Positions 10,442-20,844 of a DNA stretch of 64,000 bases are shown piece by piece. The translations under genes were made by a program, and so were the position numbers. The number at the start of each line of letters is the position of its first letter. The first letter of the stretch is position 1. Source of the DNA: Promethearchaeota archaeon (GTDB lineage Archaea; Asgardarchaeota; Lokiarchaeia; Sigyniarchaeales; SOKP01); contig JAUVXW010000002.1 of assembly GCA_030603385.1 (NCBI GenBank), positions 1-64,000 on the forward strand, read 5' to 3'. Under the pieces are notes generated by a model. It was not told the origin of the DNA, ran no database searches, and saw nothing but the letters and a program-made list of their open reading frames with translations.

Positions 10442-11851
10442 ATGAATACATACGATTTAATTATAGTCGGTGCTGGACCTGGAGGGTCTGTAGCAGCAAA
10501 AATCGCAGCAGAAAAAGGTTTGAAAACAGTTTTTTTTGAGCGTGGTCGTAAGCCAGGTGAAAAAAATTCTTCGGGGTGCGGATTAGGACCAAGAATGTTC
10601 AGAGATTTTCCTGAAATGATGAAAAAATTAACACCAGAAAAATGTCCTTCTATGAGAGCAGGAGTTGCTGCTCGAAACTATTTTGTAAATAAAGATGACA
10701 TCGTTGCAGGATATGTCATGGCCCGTCCAACTGAATCTGTCTCATATGAGCCAGCAAAAAGTTGGATTACGATGAACGTGTATCGTAGTGAATTTGACCC
10801 TTGGATTGCTGAGTTTGCAACTGATGCTGGAGCTGAATTAAAAACTTCTACTTTAATTATAGATTTATTAAAAGAAAATGGAAAGGTATCTGGTGTCATT
10901 GATGATAAAGGTGAGAAGTATAAGGCTCCAATAGTTATTGGCGCAGATGGTGCCGTCTCAACTGTTGCACAGAGATCAGGATTAAGATCTAAATGGTCTC
11001 AAAATCAAGTAACACTTACTCTTCAATATGATTTTCAGGCACCTTCAGAAAAAATTGATGATATTATGGGGGATGAAACACTTGCGGTCTGGTGGGGTTC
11101 AAACTTTCCAGCTTCTTATCAAGTTTTCTTTAACGATGGCTTTCACCAAGGTTTGGGCAATTGGATGACGTGGTGGGATAAAAATCCATTATTTTACTTG
11201 AATAGGGTTATAAATTTAAAATATTACCAAAGATTGTTAAGAATCCTTGACGCTAAGCCACGTGAACTTCAAGCACATTTACTTCCTTGGTTAGATTACC
11301 CTTATAATACCCATACTGATGGAATTATTTTGATTGGTGATGCTGGGGGTTTTCCGTGTCCCCTCGAAGCAGAAGGCATATATCCTGCTATGGTAACAGG
11401 TAAAATTGCGGCGGAAGTAGCAGCTGAAGCAGTATCATCTGGAGATTTTTCTAAAGATTCGTTAAAAAAGTTTGACGAAGGGTGGAAAAAAACTAGTATA
11501 GGAGAAGAATTTGAAGCAGGGGCTGAGTTATGGAATATTTGGAAAGCGTTACCTTTTAGCCCAAAAGAAACAATGTCGTGGTTTATACCAATGATTATGG
11601 AAATTCTTGGGGGGATATTCGATTGGTCTCAACCGCATACTAAGCGAGTTAGACAAATACTAAGTCATGTGAAATCATATATGCCAAAAGCAACACCCTT
11701 CATAATGAAAAATGTATTTCCTTTAGTTGCCAAGGTTTTTGAAGATGATTTAGATAAAATTATGGATCCAAAGAAAATTATGAGAATTCTCCCCAAACTT
11801 TTAGACATGCTTCCTCAAAAAAAGAAAAGAAGAGGTGGTCAAGAAAAATGA
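10442..11851 (+). CDS. FixC/geranylgeranyl-reductase family flavoprotein
   Basis: IVGAGPGG, ERGRKPGEKNSSG, RSEFDPW, GADG, LIGDAGG…EGI. Confidence 0.85.
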   Translation: MNTYDLIIVGAGPGGSVAAKIAAEKGLKTVFFERGRKPGEKNSSGCGLGPRMFRDFPEMMKKLTPEKCPSMRAGVAARNYFVNKDDIVAGYVMARPTESVSYEPAKSWITMNVYRSEFDPWIAEFATDAGAELKTSTLIIDLLKENGKVSGVIDDKGEKYKAPIVIGADGAVSTVAQRSGLRSKWSQNQVTLTLQYDFQAPSEKIDDIMGDETLAVWWGSNFPASYQVFFNDGFHQGLGNWMTWWDKNPLFYLNRVINLKYYQRLLRILDAKPRELQAHLLPWLDYPYNTHTDGIILIGDAGGFPCPLEAEGIYPAMVTGKIAAEVAAEAVSSGDFSKDSLKKFDEGWKKTSIGEEFEAGAELWNIWKALPFSPKETMSWFIPMIMEILGGIFDWSQPHTKRVRQILSHVKSYMPKATPFIMKNVFPLVAKVFEDDLDKIMDPKKIMRILPKLLDMLPQKKKRRGGQEK

Positions 11852-12117
11852 AAATCGAACTTGAAGGCCTAACTAAAAGAATTCCTGGAACTGGAGATTT
11901 TATTTCAATTGATAATCTAAAATGTAATAATTGTGAGCGTTGTTTATTTGTATGTGTGATGAGTCTATGGCGAAAAAAAGAGGGTAAAGTATATCTTGCT
12001 GAGGATTATCAATCAAAATGTTTAGAATGTGCTGCTTGTTTTCAAGTATGTGATCCTGGTGCAATAATGTTTAAATATCCTGTTGGAGGTACTGGTATAG
12101 TAATTGAAAAAGGATAA
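11848..12117 (+). CDS. FixX-like ferredoxin
   Basis: CNNCERCLFVC, CLECAACFQVC, FKYPVGGTGI; ATGA overlap with the FixC-like gene. Confidence 0.85.
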   Translation: MKIELEGLTKRIPGTGDFISIDNLKCNNCERCLFVCVMSLWRKKEGKVYLAEDYQSKCLECAACFQVCDPGAIMFKYPVGGTGIVIEKG

Positions 12118-12211
12118 TAATTATTTATTATCTTTTCAGAACCCCTAAATGATACTAAGATATATTCTTTAAGATAAATAAAGAAAACCGGAAAAAAAAC
12201 TATGAAATTCT

Positions 12212-13093
12212 TTAAATTTTAATTTTTAACTTATTCTTCAATTCTTTATATCTCGAGCGAAGTGTAACTTCTGTCACCCCGATTGAATTGACAATTTGTT
12301 GTTGAGTGAGTTCTAAATCTTTAATCCTACACGCTAAATAGATTGCTCCAGCACATAATCCTTTTGGGTCTTTTCCGCTGATTGAAAAATTAGAGATATA
12401 AGTTGTTAAAATTTTTTTTGTTAAGATCTCAATTTCTGAATCTAATCCCAAATCTGATATATATCGTGGAATAAGTGCCACTGGATCGGTAGATTGGGTT
12501 TTAAAGTTCAATTCTCGTATTAATATACTAATACTCCTTCTTACATCCTTTGCCGTAACTGAGGCTTCTTCTAAAATTTCTTGAAGGGTTCTAGGGATAT
12601 CTTTTTTTCTACATGCTAAATATAAGCACGCAGCAACCATAGCATTTATAGATCTCCCTCGAAGTAATTTTCTCTTAAATGCTTCGATATATAGTCGCAT
12701 ACCTTCTTCTTTAACATGATTAGGCAAATTTAGATTACTGCTTATTCTTTTTAATTCAGTGGACGCAATTAATAAATTCCGTTTTTGCCAAGTTATTCGT
12801 GTGTTCCACTTTGCAGCTCTTTTTAAATCAGGATTATTGATTTTTTGTTTATCTATTACTGTACTTAAACCCATATCAGGCAATAAAATTGAGATTGGGG
12901 CTCCTGTCTGTTCTCGGTTATTTTTTTCTTGATTTGTATAAGCTCTTTTCCCACTGTGAGAATAATCAACTAATCGTTCGTTAATTATTAAACCGCATTG
13001 ATTACATACAGTTTCTCCCTTTTCCTCAATAAAAATGATTGAGCCCCTACATTCTGGGCAAAAATTTGATTGCTTACTTATATTTGCAATCAT
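12212..13093 (-). CDS. tfb: Transcription initiation factor IIB (TFB paralogue)
   Basis: Zn ribbon CPEC…CNQCG; LLRGRSI..AACLYLACR; GKDPKGLCAGAIY; GVTEVTLRSRYKEL. Confidence 0.95.
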   Translation of the reverse strand: MIANISKQSNFCPECRGSIIFIEEKGETVCNQCGLIINERLVDYSHSGKRAYTNQEKNNREQTGAPISILLPDMGLSTVIDKQKINNPDLKRAAKWNTRITWQKRNLLIASTELKRISSNLNLPNHVKEEGMRLYIEAFKRKLLRGRSINAMVAACLYLACRKKDIPRTLQEILEEASVTAKDVRRSISILIRELNFKTQSTDPVALIPRYISDLGLDSEIEILTKKILTTYISNFSISGKDPKGLCAGAIYLACRIKDLELTQQQIVNSIGVTEVTLRSRYKELKNKLKIKI

Positions 13094-13126
13094 TCTATAA
13101 TTCTACCTCCTTAATTTTCATCTTTT

Positions 13127-14155
13127 TTACACACCTACAGCTTGTAATTTTACTAATAACTCCTTTTGGTTTATGTTCAATTTTTTAGGAACTCTTATTT
13201 TAATTTTAACTAATAAATTACCTCTTTGTTCTGAATTAATTTTATAAAACCCTTGATTTTTTAGCCTTAATAATGATGAGTCATTAGTTCCCGGAGGAAT
13301 TGATACATTCAAAGTTTTTTCTATCCCCTTTACTTGAATTTTTCCACCAAGTACAGCAGTTGTAAAGGGAATTTCTTGCTCAATATAAATATCATCATCT
13401 TTTCTTTCAAAATTTGGATGCTTTTTAACATGAATTGCTATATATAGATCACCAGAGCTTCCTCCATTTTCCCCTGGCATTCCTTTTCCTTTTAGACGTA
13501 ATTTTTGATTGTCTTTAATTCCTCTCGGAATATTTACATTTAAATTTTTCATCTGTCCAGATACTGGATCTTTATACTGAACTTTCTTCTTACCCCCATA
13601 AAACGCATCCACAAAATCAATTTCCATATCATACCTTAAATCATCTCCCTCCCTTGGGAGATTACTATAAGGTGATGACCTTGCTCTTGTACTTCCTCCC
13701 CCTCTTCTGTTAAAAACATCAAAAATATCTCCTAAATCATTAAAAAAATCAGATCCTCCATTTCCTCCTCTTGAATTTCTACTATTACCAAAAATCTCAT
13801 TAAAATCAAATCCTCCAGGTGAACCAGATGTAGAATAATAATATGTTGTACCATCTGGGCTTCGATATGTTCTTCCTCCTCCAGTGCTACCAAAACCTCC
13901 AGGACTACCAGTCCGTTGTCGATATGTTGATGGATCTCCTTCTACAACACCGAATTTATCATACATTTCTCTTTTCTTATCATCACTCAAGATACTATTA
14001 GCTTCATTGATTTCTTTAAATTTTTCTCCTGATTTAGACTCATCGGGATTAACGTCTGGATGATACTTTCGAGCCATCTTGCGGAATGCTCTTTTAATTT
14101 CTTCCTTTGATGCTCCTTTTGTAATTCCTAATACCTTATAATAATCCTTAGCCAT
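13127..14155 (-). CDS. dnaJ: DnaJ-class chaperone, type II (no Zn finger; CbpA-like)
   Basis: J domain with HPD, G/F-rich linker, DnaJ_C domain; no CxxCxGxG repeats. Confidence 0.9.
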   Translation of the reverse strand: MAKDYYKVLGITKGASKEEIKRAFRKMARKYHPDVNPDESKSGEKFKEINEANSILSDDKKREMYDKFGVVEGDPSTYRQRTGSPGGFGSTGGGRTYRSPDGTTYYYSTSGSPGGFDFNEIFGNSRNSRGGNGGSDFFNDLGDIFDVFNRRGGGSTRARSSPYSNLPREGDDLRYDMEIDFVDAFYGGKKKVQYKDPVSGQMKNLNVNIPRGIKDNQKLRLKGKGMPGENGGSSGDLYIAIHVKKHPNFERKDDDIYIEQEIPFTTAVLGGKIQVKGIEKTLNVSIPPGTNDSSLLRLKNQGFYKINSEQRGNLLVKIKIRVPKKLNINQKELLVKLQAVGV

Positions 14156-14234
14156 CTTTTAACCCCATCTTTTAATATTATTTGTGTAAATTTTAATTAA
14201 AATAAATAAAAAAATAAATAAAAAAAAATCAGAC

Positions 14235-16145
14235 TTATTCATACTCGGCATCCACTACTTCATCTTGACCAGTTGCTCTTCTGAATTGCTCTTCTTCAAT
14301 CTCATCTTGAGTTCTTCCTTGATTCCCATAATTAACTCCACCTGGCATATCTCCCATACCTCCGGGTGGTGCTCCTTGATAAGCTCCTTGAGTAGGTCCT
14401 TGTTGTTGTCCATAGATTCTCGTCGAAACTTCGTGTAATGAATTCTGTAATGCTTCACTTGTACTCTGTATCCTTCCTACATCTTCAGATTCCATTGCGC
14501 TTCTCAGATCAGATATCTTTTCAAGTATATTTGACTTCAAATCTCCAATAACAGCTTCATTCTCTTTCAATAATTTTTCAGTTTGATAGATTAATGCTTC
14601 TCCTTGATTCTTTGCTTCTGTGAGTTCCTTAAATTTCCTATCCTCTTCAGCATTTCTCTCAGCTTCCCGAACTTTTTGCTCAATCTCATCATCAGACATC
14701 TTAGTTGATGCAGTAATTGTTATTGTTTGACTTTTACCAGTACCAAGATCTTTTGCTGAAACATTTATAATTCCATTTTGATCGATATCAAATGATACCT
14801 CAATCTGTGGTACACCCCTTGGCGCAGGTGGAATTCCGGTTAAATGAAATCTGCCTAATGTAATGTTATCCCCGGCTCGTGATCTTTCACCTTGTAATAC
14901 ATGAATTTCTACTGCTGGCTGATTATCTGCTGCTGTTGAGAATATCTGAGTCTTGTTCGTAGGGATTGTTGTGTTTCTCTCAATTAGTTTAGTGAAAACT
15001 GAACCTAATGTTTCAACACCTAATGATAATGGAGTCACATCAAGCAACAGTAAATCTTCAACTTCACCAGTTAACACACCACCTTGAACTGAAGCACCCA
15101 TCGCAACACATTCCATTGGATCAATACTACGTTCTGGAGTTTTACCTAATAGATCTTCGAATTTCTTCTGAATTGTTGGCATTCTGGTTGGTCCACCGAC
15201 TAATATAATTTTATCAAGTTCACCTCTCGCAATCCCTGCATCTCTCAAAGCCTTTAAAATTGGTGCATCTAATCTCTTTGTAACTGGATCAATTAATTGC
15301 TCTAGTTTAGCCCTTGTAAGCTTCATGTTAAGATGTTTTGGACCATCATTTGTAGCAGTTATATAAGGCAAATTAATATCCGTTGTTACTGAGGTTGATA
15401 ATTCTATCTTAGCTTTTTCAGCAGCTTCCCGAACTCTTTGTAATGCCATTGAATCACTTCTTAAATCAACCCCTTCATCTTTCTGAAATTCATTCACTAA
15501 GTAATCTACTAAGATTTTATCCATGTCAGTACCACCTAATTGTGTATCTCCTGCAGTCGAAATCACTTCAAATACTTGATTATCCATCTCCATAATTGTG
15601 ACATCAAAAGTACCACCACCTAAATCCAATATAGCAATTTTTAAGCTCGCATTCTTCTTGTCCAAACCATAAGCCACTGCCGCGGCTGTTGGTTCGTTAA
15701 TTAAACGCTTCACATTTAATCCCGCGATCCTTCCCGCATCCTTAGTAGCTTGTCTTTGATTATCGTTAAAGTAGGCTGGAACTGTAATTATTACATCAGT
15801 AACCTCTTCTCCTAAATACGCACTCGCGTCTTCTTTAATTTTCCTAAGAATCATTGCTGAAATCTCCTGAGGCGTGTAATCTTTACCATCTATCTTTACC
15901 GTATAACTTGTACCCATCTTACGCTTTATCGCTGTAATCGTACGATCTGGATTTGAAATCGCTTGTCTTCTCGCTGGCTCTCCAATAAGTCTCTGCCCAT
16001 CCTTCGTAAATGCTACCACCGATGGAAAAGCTTTGCCTCCTAATGTTAAACCTTCAGCACTCGGAATTATTGTAGGCTTACCACCTATCAATACCGCTGC
16101 TGCTGAGTTTGAAGTTCCTAAGTCAATTCCTATTATTTTTCCCAT
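14235..16145 (-). CDS. dnaK: Chaperone DnaK (Hsp70)
   Basis: [50 protein letters not shown]. Confidence 0.98.
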   Translation of the reverse strand: MGKIIGIDLGTSNSAAAVLIGGKPTIIPSAEGLTLGGKAFPSVVAFTKDGQRLIGEPARRQAISNPDRTITAIKRKMGTSYTVKIDGKDYTPQEISAMILRKIKEDASAYLGEEVTDVIITVPAYFNDNQRQATKDAGRIAGLNVKRLINEPTAAAVAYGLDKKNASLKIAILDLGGGTFDVTIMEMDNQVFEVISTAGDTQLGGTDMDKILVDYLVNEFQKDEGVDLRSDSMALQRVREAAEKAKIELSTSVTTDINLPYITATNDGPKHLNMKLTRAKLEQLIDPVTKRLDAPILKALRDAGIARGELDKIILVGGPTRMPTIQKKFEDLLGKTPERSIDPMECVAMGASVQGGVLTGEVEDLLLLDVTPLSLGVETLGSVFTKLIERNTTIPTNKTQIFSTAADNQPAVEIHVLQGERSRAGDNITLGRFHLTGIPPAPRGVPQIEVSFDIDQNGIINVSAKDLGTGKSQTITITASTKMSDDEIEQKVREAERNAEEDRKFKELTEAKNQGEALIYQTEKLLKENEAVIGDLKSNILEKISDLRSAMESEDVGRIQSTSEALQNSLHEVSTRIYGQQQGPTQGAYQGAPPGGMGDMPGGVNYGNQGRTQDEIEEEQFRRATGQDEVVDAEYE

Positions 16146-16165
16146 ATTACATCACTCCTATTTTT

Positions 16166-16933
16166 TTAAATTTTAATTTCATTATCTTGATTTATACCTA
16201 TTTTTTCGTTTAAATTTTGTAATTTTGATTTTTTTGAAATCTTGACCTTCGCAGGCCTTAAAACCTTGTTATTTAAAAAATAACCCTTATCTAATACTTC
16301 TATTATTGAATTCTCAGGGAGATCACCTCGACCCTCCTCGACTAATAGTGCTTCGTGCTTATATGGATCGAATATCTTGCCATCTGAATCCATCGGTCGA
16401 ACCCCTTCCTCCTCCATTACCTTCTCAAAATTTTTAACAATGATCTCAAACCCTTTCTGGATTCCTTCCGCACCCTCAAGCATCTTCATAAGATTCAATG
16501 CGCGTATGAGGTCGTCGTAATGACAGACTAACTTCTTCAAAACACCCTCTAAAACATATTGTTTGTAATTTGAGTTTTCACGCTCCTGACGCTTCTTGTA
16601 ATTCTCAAAATCCGCTCGCACCTGTAAAAGTGACCGCAGGAATTTCTCTTTCTCCTCCTGTAATTCCTTAAAACCACGCGCATCATCCTTCATGTCGTCG
16701 AGTTCTTTCATCAATTGATCGTTCCACGTCTTTACCTTCTTATGTTCCTCTACCAACGCCTCGTACTTTTCTGCCCTCGCCTTGAGGTTTTGATATTCTT
16801 TTTTTGTTATTGCGATGTTTTCTGATGATCTCTGACGATCGTTAGATCCCCGTTGATCGATAAAGCTGTCAAAAATATCCTCAAACATCAAGGATCTTCC
16901 ATCTCCCTTACTTTTTCTTGACATATGCATCAT
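16166..16933 (-). CDS. grpE: Nucleotide exchange factor GrpE
   Basis: ADFENYKKR, FDPYKHEA, KGYFLNNKVLRPAKVKI. Confidence 0.95.
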   Translation of the reverse strand: MMHMSRKSKGDGRSLMFEDIFDSFIDQRGSNDRQRSSENIAITKKEYQNLKARAEKYEALVEEHKKVKTWNDQLMKELDDMKDDARGFKELQEEKEKFLRSLLQVRADFENYKKRQERENSNYKQYVLEGVLKKLVCHYDDLIRALNLMKMLEGAEGIQKGFEIIVKNFEKVMEEEGVRPMDSDGKIFDPYKHEALLVEEGRGDLPENSIIEVLDKGYFLNNKVLRPAKVKISKKSKLQNLNEKIGINQDNEIKI

Positions 16934-16979
16934 TTTTTTATTTTTTGATTATTTAATCTCATATTTTTTTTATAAACTG

Positions 16980-17056
16980 TTCTTGACAATCGTTTGTTTG
17001 TTGTCAATTCTTTCTTGACGTAAGTTAATAAATAAGTATTAACTCAACTATTTAAA
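16980..17056 (-). promoter_or_regulatory. Putative grpE-dnaK-dnaJ-tfb promoter with an inverted-repeat operator
   Basis: Minus-strand TTTAAATA at 17049-17056; TTGACAA-N11-TTGTCAA at 16983-17007; TTCTTGAC at 16980 and 17012, with a third copy at 16915 inside grpE. Confidence 0.45.
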
Positions 17057-17268
17057 GGTTATGTTTTTATATAATAAGGGAAAAAGGGGAGAAAGTATAG
17101 TTTAATTAGAAAAATGATATTTTTTTTTTTTAAAAATAAACAAAAGAATTGTATTTGTATTGTTGAAAAAGAGTATAGAATAGTTGGTATATTAAAGATT
17201 TTTATCGACAAATTAGAAATTCATCGATTTGGGTACATTTAAATATGAAAAAAGCGTATTGATTTAAT

Positions 17269-17439
17269 GTGGAAGGAGAGAAAAATCCGAATGTTCTCTT
17301 TGAGCGCTTTCAAAGTGGAAAACTTGATAACAAAACTTTTTTTGATTCATTAATTTCATTGATTGAGAATAGCGAGGACAGAATTGTGAGAGTTGAGAGT
17401 ATTGAGTTGTTACATGAAAAATTCAATGGATCTCAGTAA
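17269..17439 (+). pseudogene. Truncated N-terminal fragment of a HEAT-like helical-repeat protein
   Basis: GTG start; (M)EGEKNPNVLFERFQSGKLDNKTFFDSLISLIENSEDRIVRVESIELLHEKFNGSQ*. Confidence 0.4.
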
Positions 17440-17549
17440 AATTTATTCAAGAAATAAAAATCAAATTAGGTTTTTAAAAAATTATTAAAAAGTATTGAAT
17501 ATATAATATTATCTCATATTTGAGAGAGAAAAAATGAAGGAGAAAAAGA

Positions 17550-17756
17550 ATGAAAGTTGAAACAATTGCATTAAATATTCTTGCCCATACTTTGAGTCAT
17601 GCGAGTTCTTCTGGTGTGAAAACGACGAAATTTGATAAAAAGGAATATTTTCCAAATGCGTTGGCATATATCGAAGATTATATTACAAAAAATGGATTTG
17701 ATATTATTAATGTTCATAGTTCTAATATTAGGGTTTACCACCTTATCAAGCGATAG
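17550..17756 (+). CDS. Small hypothetical protein
   Basis: 68-aa ORF with AAGGAG upstream. Confidence 0.55.
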   Translation: MKVETIALNILAHTLSHASSSGVKTTKFDKKEYFPNALAYIEDYITKNGFDIINVHSSNIRVYHLIKR

Positions 17757-17958
17757 CCGAACTAAGTTAAGTGTATAAATTCCTTTTTATATTTTATTTT
17801 TTTAAATTAGAAATTATTTATCTCTACTAATGTTTTCAAGGGACTTTTGTAAGTTGTTTATGTAAATTTATTAAAGGAAATACATAGATATTTATTTCTA
17901 TATGCTATTAATTAATTAAATAATAAATTAATAAATTAATTAAATCATATAATCTAAA

Positions 17959-18210
17959 ATGACATTTACTACAATATCAATTAAGGAGAAAACAAAAAAG
18001 GAATTAAAAAAACTGCAGGAAATGTATGAAGTAAAGTCAATGGATGAGTTAATCAAAAAATTAATTATTCAAGCTAAAAAAGAGTATATTAACGGGTTTA
18101 CTAAGGATTTTAAGAGTAGATTAGAAGAAAAAGGGTTAACCTTGGAGGATATAGTGAAATCTGGTGAAAAAATAAGAGAAGAGATCTTAAAAGAAAGGGG
18201 TCTACTGTAA
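17959..18210 (+). CDS. VapB-like antitoxin (RHH-type N-terminus)
   Basis: TTISIKEKTKKELKKL..SMDELIKKLI; directly upstream of the PIN gene. Confidence 0.7.
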   Translation: MTFTTISIKEKTKKELKKLQEMYEVKSMDELIKKLIIQAKKEYINGFTKDFKSRLEEKGLTLEDIVKSGEKIREEILKERGLL

Positions 18211-18219
18211 CATAAGATA

Positions 18220-18669
18220 ATGATAACCTTTGTTATAGATTCTAATATTTTTTTCTCAGCGATATATAATGAAGAAGGACTTGAGAGAAAAATTCTTGAC
18301 ATCTCAATTGAGAAAGATGAAATTCAAATTTTTGCTCCTGATATATTTTGGGAGGAAATAAAAAGAATTCTACACAGAAAATTAGGTTATAATGAGGAAG
18401 AAATAGATCAACTCATTTCTAAATTTGATATAATTGAAATACCACAAAATAAGTATGAAAACTTTAAGGATCAAGCAGAGACGATGATATCTCACAAAAG
18501 TGATGCAGCATTTGTAAGCACGTCTTTATTTCTTAACTGTCCAATTTGGTCTGGAAATGTCAAACATTTTCAACATATAAGAAATTCAAAAGAGATAATC
18601 TGGTTAACGTCAAGAGAATTATTGGATTATCTAAAAAAGCGAGAGATAATAAGTAATAACTTTGTATAA
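18220..18669 (+). CDS. PIN-domain toxin (VapC-like)
   Basis: FVIDSNIFFSA, EE, SDAAFV, IWSGNVKHF. Confidence 0.85.
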   Translation: MITFVIDSNIFFSAIYNEEGLERKILDISIEKDEIQIFAPDIFWEEIKRILHRKLGYNEEEIDQLISKFDIIEIPQNKYENFKDQAETMISHKSDAAFVSTSLFLNCPIWSGNVKHFQHIRNSKEIIWLTSRELLDYLKKREIISNNFV

Positions 18670-18783
18670 TTTTTTTGAATTAATTAAAGAAGTCTCAATA
18701 GCGGAACTTATAATCAGTGATATAATTTAACTTTTACAGCTGGATTGATAATAGTATATTGAATTTTCATAACTGAAGATAAT

Positions 18784-19425
18784 TTATTCATTCTGTTTCA
18801 AATCTTCAGGATATGGATAATTCTTATATGTCCCTCTTTTTTTAGTATATCTCTTAACTTCATTCCCATAAACCCATTCAGGATGGAGTTGATATTCATT
18901 TACAGGACCATTGAGACAGAAGAAATCGGGAGGAAATTTCTCAACGCCAGCCATGCCAGCGCAGAGATATAAACCTTTCCGTATCTTTCGGACTTCATCA
19001 GTCATATCCACTATTCCACCATCATTCTTAAAAGAAGCATACTTCAATCGAAAGGTAGGTTTTTCATCAATTAGTGATTCGCTTATATCTGTGAGGAATC
19101 GCATATGATGCTCTTCTTTCCCTTCGATCTTCCATCGATTGTATCCCTCTCCTCTTAGTTCTTGCTTATTTGAAGAAGGAGTAAAAGCTTTTCCTAACCA
19201 AAATCCTTTCTCAGTATCGTAAAGCCACCATCTAGAAGTCTTTTCGGTTTTTTCTGATGTAAATCCTACCATAGCACTATCATATTCTCCATCTATTTCC
19301 TCAAAATCTGCTGATGGTAATGATTTATACAAATCCATAATTTCTTGGTAGCTAAGCTCTTTTATCTTTTCTATGGTCAAATCCTTAATAGAATTATCAT
19401 TATGATTAGTCATTTTAACCACCAT
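18784..19425 (-). CDS. Hypothetical protein (WLGKAF…GYN…DEVR family)
   Basis: Clean ORF with conserved-looking motifs; function not recognised. Confidence 0.6.
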   Translation of the reverse strand: MVVKMTNHNDNSIKDLTIEKIKELSYQEIMDLYKSLPSADFEEIDGEYDSAMVGFTSEKTEKTSRWWLYDTEKGFWLGKAFTPSSNKQELRGEGYNRWKIEGKEEHHMRFLTDISESLIDEKPTFRLKYASFKNDGGIVDMTDEVRKIRKGLYLCAGMAGVEKFPPDFFCLNGPVNEYQLHPEWVYGNEVKRYTKKRGTYKNYPYPEDLKQNE

Positions 19426-19464
19426 ATAATAGTTTCATCTAATGATTAAATAATTTTTTCATAA

Positions 19465-19581
19465 TCAACATAAGGTCGAAACTTTCCTTGTTCTTCTGCC
19501 TTTTATAATGCCTTCTTGGATTTTGGAAGCAATTTTTTCTGTACCGCCTGTTTGAGAGAATAGTATTAGCAAAATGTTCAT
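19465..19581 (-). pseudogene. Truncated flavodoxin-domain gene
   Basis: MNILLILFSQTGGTEKIASKIQEG… matches the flavodoxin phosphate-binding loop, then stops after 38 aa. Confidence 0.6.
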
Positions 19582-19806
19582 AGATCTTACCCTTTGAATT
19601 TTACTTTACTTATTAATTATAATAAGATAATAAGTCTTTTTGAGATTTAAATTGTCACCATTAGAAAGGTTAGGATAATGAATGCTTAGAATATAATATT
19701 TTAAAAATCTAGTTTTAGTCTCGAAGTCTAAGGAAAGTTCGCAAAATAAAACTATATATTAAACTCTGATCTAATATTAATTAATACAGAAAGGAGTGAT
19801 AATAAA

Positions 19807-20208
19807 ATGATTGCTAGTTCAGAATTCAAGAATAAGAATTTCCAAGACTCAGTTAATTGTGGAATTTGTCGCAGGGAAATCATACAAGAAGCCGCAATTT
19901 TTCAAGAGGGGCTTCATTTTGGCGTTATATGTTCTAAATGTTATATTAATAATTCAGAGGAAGATATTGAACTCATGTCTAACATGTTTTTAGCATTTGG
20001 TGGGTACTTTGGCATGTTAAGAGATCCTGATTATTCCATCTATGAGATGTTAAAGGATTTAGTTAGTAAGATTCACGATAACAAAAATACAATGTCATCA
20101 GTAGAAATGAAAATTAGATTATTTCATACTGCTTTATTACATGGAATTACTCCCCGGGAGTTTGCTGAGTTAGATGATAGTCTTTTAAAGTTTATGTACC
20201 AGTTTTAA
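19807..20208 (+). CDS. Hypothetical protein with N-terminal CxxC…CxxC Zn finger
   Basis: CGIC…CSKC; SD-like AAGGAGTGA upstream. Confidence 0.7.
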   Translation: MIASSEFKNKNFQDSVNCGICRREIIQEAAIFQEGLHFGVICSKCYINNSEEDIELMSNMFLAFGGYFGMLRDPDYSIYEMLKDLVSKIHDNKNTMSSVEMKIRLFHTALLHGITPREFAELDDSLLKFMYQF

Positions 20209-20236
20209 CAACTAAGTAGTTAAAGGAGGGTGAAAA

Positions 20237-20410
20237 ATGATAAATAACTATGCACTTCAGGAATCGTTCGCATGTAGATATCGTCATTGTAACAAATGTG
20301 AGGGAGAATTAGATATTTCTAAGGATGAGGAAATTGTTTGTGCCTTATGTGGAGAAACCTTTTGTTCTCACTGTATTTATTTACATCAGAAATCTTGTTA
20401 TGGCATATAA
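20237..20410 (+). CDS. 57-aa binuclear Zn-finger microprotein (B-box/AN1-like spacing); not in the ORF track
   Basis: MINNYALQESFACRYRHCNKCEGELDISKDEEIVCALCGETFCSHCIYLHQKSCYGI*; strong SD AAGGAGGGTG. Confidence 0.75.
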   Translation: MINNYALQESFACRYRHCNKCEGELDISKDEEIVCALCGETFCSHCIYLHQKSCYGI

Positions 20411-20440
20411 AGACATAAAACTTAATTAATAAATATCCTA

Positions 20441-20677
20441 TTATATTCTCATTTTGAGACGATTATTATAATTAAATCTTCTACGCCGTCTGTAAGGTTT
20501 TTCAGGTCTTTTTAAAAAGCATTCAGGACAATATGGGATGATAAACGGATCTTCCCATAGATCATGAGCCCTTTCCATAGATATTGTTGGATTATCTCTT
20601 AAAAATATTTGAAAAGGTATTAATTTTCCACAATCTCCACATTCTCTCGTTTTTCCTTGTTCCATGTGTGAACACAT
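20441..20677 (-). CDS. Small Zn-finger protein (RECxxCGK…W…YCxxC family)
   Basis: RECGDCGKLIPFQIF…DLWEDPFIIPYCPECF, with an Arg-rich tail. Confidence 0.7.
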   Translation of the reverse strand: MCSHMEQGKTRECGDCGKLIPFQIFLRDNPTISMERAHDLWEDPFIIPYCPECFLKRPEKPYRRRRRFNYNNRLKMRI

Positions 20678-20844
20678 AATATATTTATAACTTATTGGCT
20701 AGGTGTAGAAATAATTAAATGATAAGAGAGTTAATAATTTTCAAAAAATTATAATTCAAATTCTATACTATAGTCTATTTCTTTCCCTTTTGTTTATCAT
20801 TTCGATGAATAGGTATTTAATATTTGCTAGGAGATAGGGATGAA

